Below, piece by piece: positions 62,309-64,000 of a stretch of DNA of 64,000 nucleotides. The notes under the pieces are model-generated. The model had not been told where the DNA came from, ran no database searches, and saw nothing but the letters and a program-made list of their open reading frames with translations. Numbering within the stretch: the first letter of the stretch is position 1; every line of letters starts with the position of its first letter. This DNA comes from Lama guanicoe (taxonomy: Eukaryota), in assembly GCA_013239625.1 (NCBI GenBank), contig MU054323.1, positions 11,491,815 to 11,555,814 on the forward strand, written 5' to 3'. Made by a program: the position numbers and the translations under genes.

Positions 62309-64000
62309 CTGGAGGGGAGAGAGAGAGGAATACATGCCTTAGTAGAACTGTGGCAGGAAGGAGCCCCTGGCCACCCAGCCCAGGCCAAAAGAAAACCCCC
62401 ATCACCACATGACCTCCACAACGCCACAACGAAGTCTTTCCAGAACAAAATCCCAGCCCAGGTCGGTGAACAGGGGACCAGCCTGTCATCTCCATGGACA
62501 GATGAGTCACAGATCAAGTTAATTAAGGAAAATACAGGCAGGGAGGAAGGGGACTTGGGTTCCAGCTGGACTTTGCTACAAACTCCTGCCTCACTTTGAC
62601 AAGTCCTTTGTGAGCTTTCAACACATGGACCCCACAGGTCCACCTTGTGTACACAGTGGAGGTAGGGGGAGTGGATGCTGAACACCAAAGGAGAATGGGA
62701 GATGCAGAGTGTTGTGATGGGGAAGGAGAGTCTGCCGGGAGCTGAAGGTCTGAGGGAGGAGGCAGGATTCCAGCTGGAGACAAGGAGACAGGGAAGGCAT
62801 CCCAGACGGCAGGGATGGTGTGGGCGGACGCCTGGAGGCCGAATGAACGGTGAGGTTGCTCAGGACTGAGCAGTTACAGCCTAGCTCTGGCCCTGCTCTC
62901 CTCACGACAAGCTGGCCCGGCCTTCAGAGCAGCAGGAATAAAGTGGGCTGGCGCTGCAACTGCTAACAGAGCAAACGAACCAGATGTTCCCCTCCGAAAC
63001 AGACTATTTTCAGCCTCAGCATTCAACTCTTAATGGTTCACCTGGGGACATCGCCAAATGAGGAAAATTCATAACAAAGCCAGCTTTTTGGAGTTTGTTC
63101 ATTGGTCTCCCCTGCACTGGATAAGCAATAGGGCTTACAGCTTCAGTAAGTCACAGGCAAGTCTCTGACAGGTGGGCTCAGAATAAAGCTGGGTGAATGC
63201 GATCGATCATCTGCTCGGTGGTGACAGGGAGCTATCCACCAGGCCTTGCCCACAGCTGGATGTCCCAGATGTGGGGCTGTTGCATCCAGGCGGGGACACA
63301 CTTTGAAAACAGAGATGGAGACCAAGACAGAGATGTCAGTGGCGACAAAACAAAGAAGATGTTCTCATAGTCTTTGATGAACCAGTGCCCTGGAGCTGGT
63401 TCCAGCACAGCTGTGGATCTGAGTCCCAGCTGCAATAAGAGGTACAGGAGCCAACAGGGATGCTATTACAGTGAAACATGTCGGAAGCACCAAAGAAGCT
63501 TATCCGAGCTCCTAGAAAGGGGTACTGGCAGGACAGACTAATTTGGATTTCGGGTTCAAGTGGATAGCAAGATGTATACACTGCCCGGTCAGTGGAGCTG
63601 TGCTCATGTGCTCATGTCCTGGTTTTGCCTTTAGTGACCCCAGCAAGAGATATTCAGTAAGACATTTATTCTCTGTGACTCGGTTTTCTCATCTGTTAAA
63701 TGGTGGTAAGAGTAAGAACTACCTCATCCTGTGACTGGGATCAGATCAGAGTGTGAAAGTGAGACCACAGTTTTGAAAGTAGGAACTGTTTTTCAATAGT
63801 CTTTTTGTTCAGCACCTAGGATGGTGCCTGGCACACAGTAGGCCATTGAGAAGAAGTGAGCCCTGGCTTGAATGAGCTCCTCTGGTTGGTTCCACTGGCT
63901 CTCGCATGTTCCCACACCAGTAATGCTCACCAGATTTGCTCTCCCTACACAAAGGGAACCTCAGATAAGATCATTGTTCCCAGAGAGGATGCAAATGGCC

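Noticed and set aside
62284..62688. Intronic ORF containing GDDRL and WAGILFW, reminiscent of calpain motifs (possible duplicated exon)
   Set aside because: Motifs are in the reverse order to calpain, the surrounding sequence is dissimilar and there are no suitable splice sites; likely chance.
1..64000. CRISPR arrays, operons or other prokaryotic-type systems
   Set aside because: The sequence is intron-rich mammalian DNA; no regularly spaced direct repeats or dense ORFs.

Overview
Mammalian genomic DNA, probably from a camelid because it carries two Vic-1-like tRNA-derived SINEs and I saw no ruminant, pig or primate SINEs. The main feature is the 3' portion of the calpain-13 gene (CAPN13) on the minus strand. 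I traced 18 coding exons by hand from 62308 down to 26147. All have GT-AG boundaries and consistent phases, and they splice to 1608 nt (535 aa plus TGA) with no internal stop. A non-coding last exon follows at about 19395-19840, with AATAAA at 19412-19417. The catalytic His and Asn exons are in the window; the 5' exons, including the catalytic Cys, lie beyond position 64000. Exon numbers follow my recollection of the 23-exon human gene. Positions 1 to about 19 kb are intergenic: old repeats (L1, MIR, MaLR/ERVL LTRs, MER5) plus a few candidate regulatory motifs. The most notable observations are: (1) a U12-type minor intron whose read-through stays open for 127 codons and is followed by an intronic AATAAA; (2) a 12-nt microexon; (3) an intron in the 3'UTR; (4) a ~0.8-kb polyadenylated, TSD-flanked, L2-containing insert inside a younger L1, probably an orphan retrocopy. 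I found no convincing evidence of a wholly new biological system. Repeat family names come from recalled consensus sequences, not from a database search.
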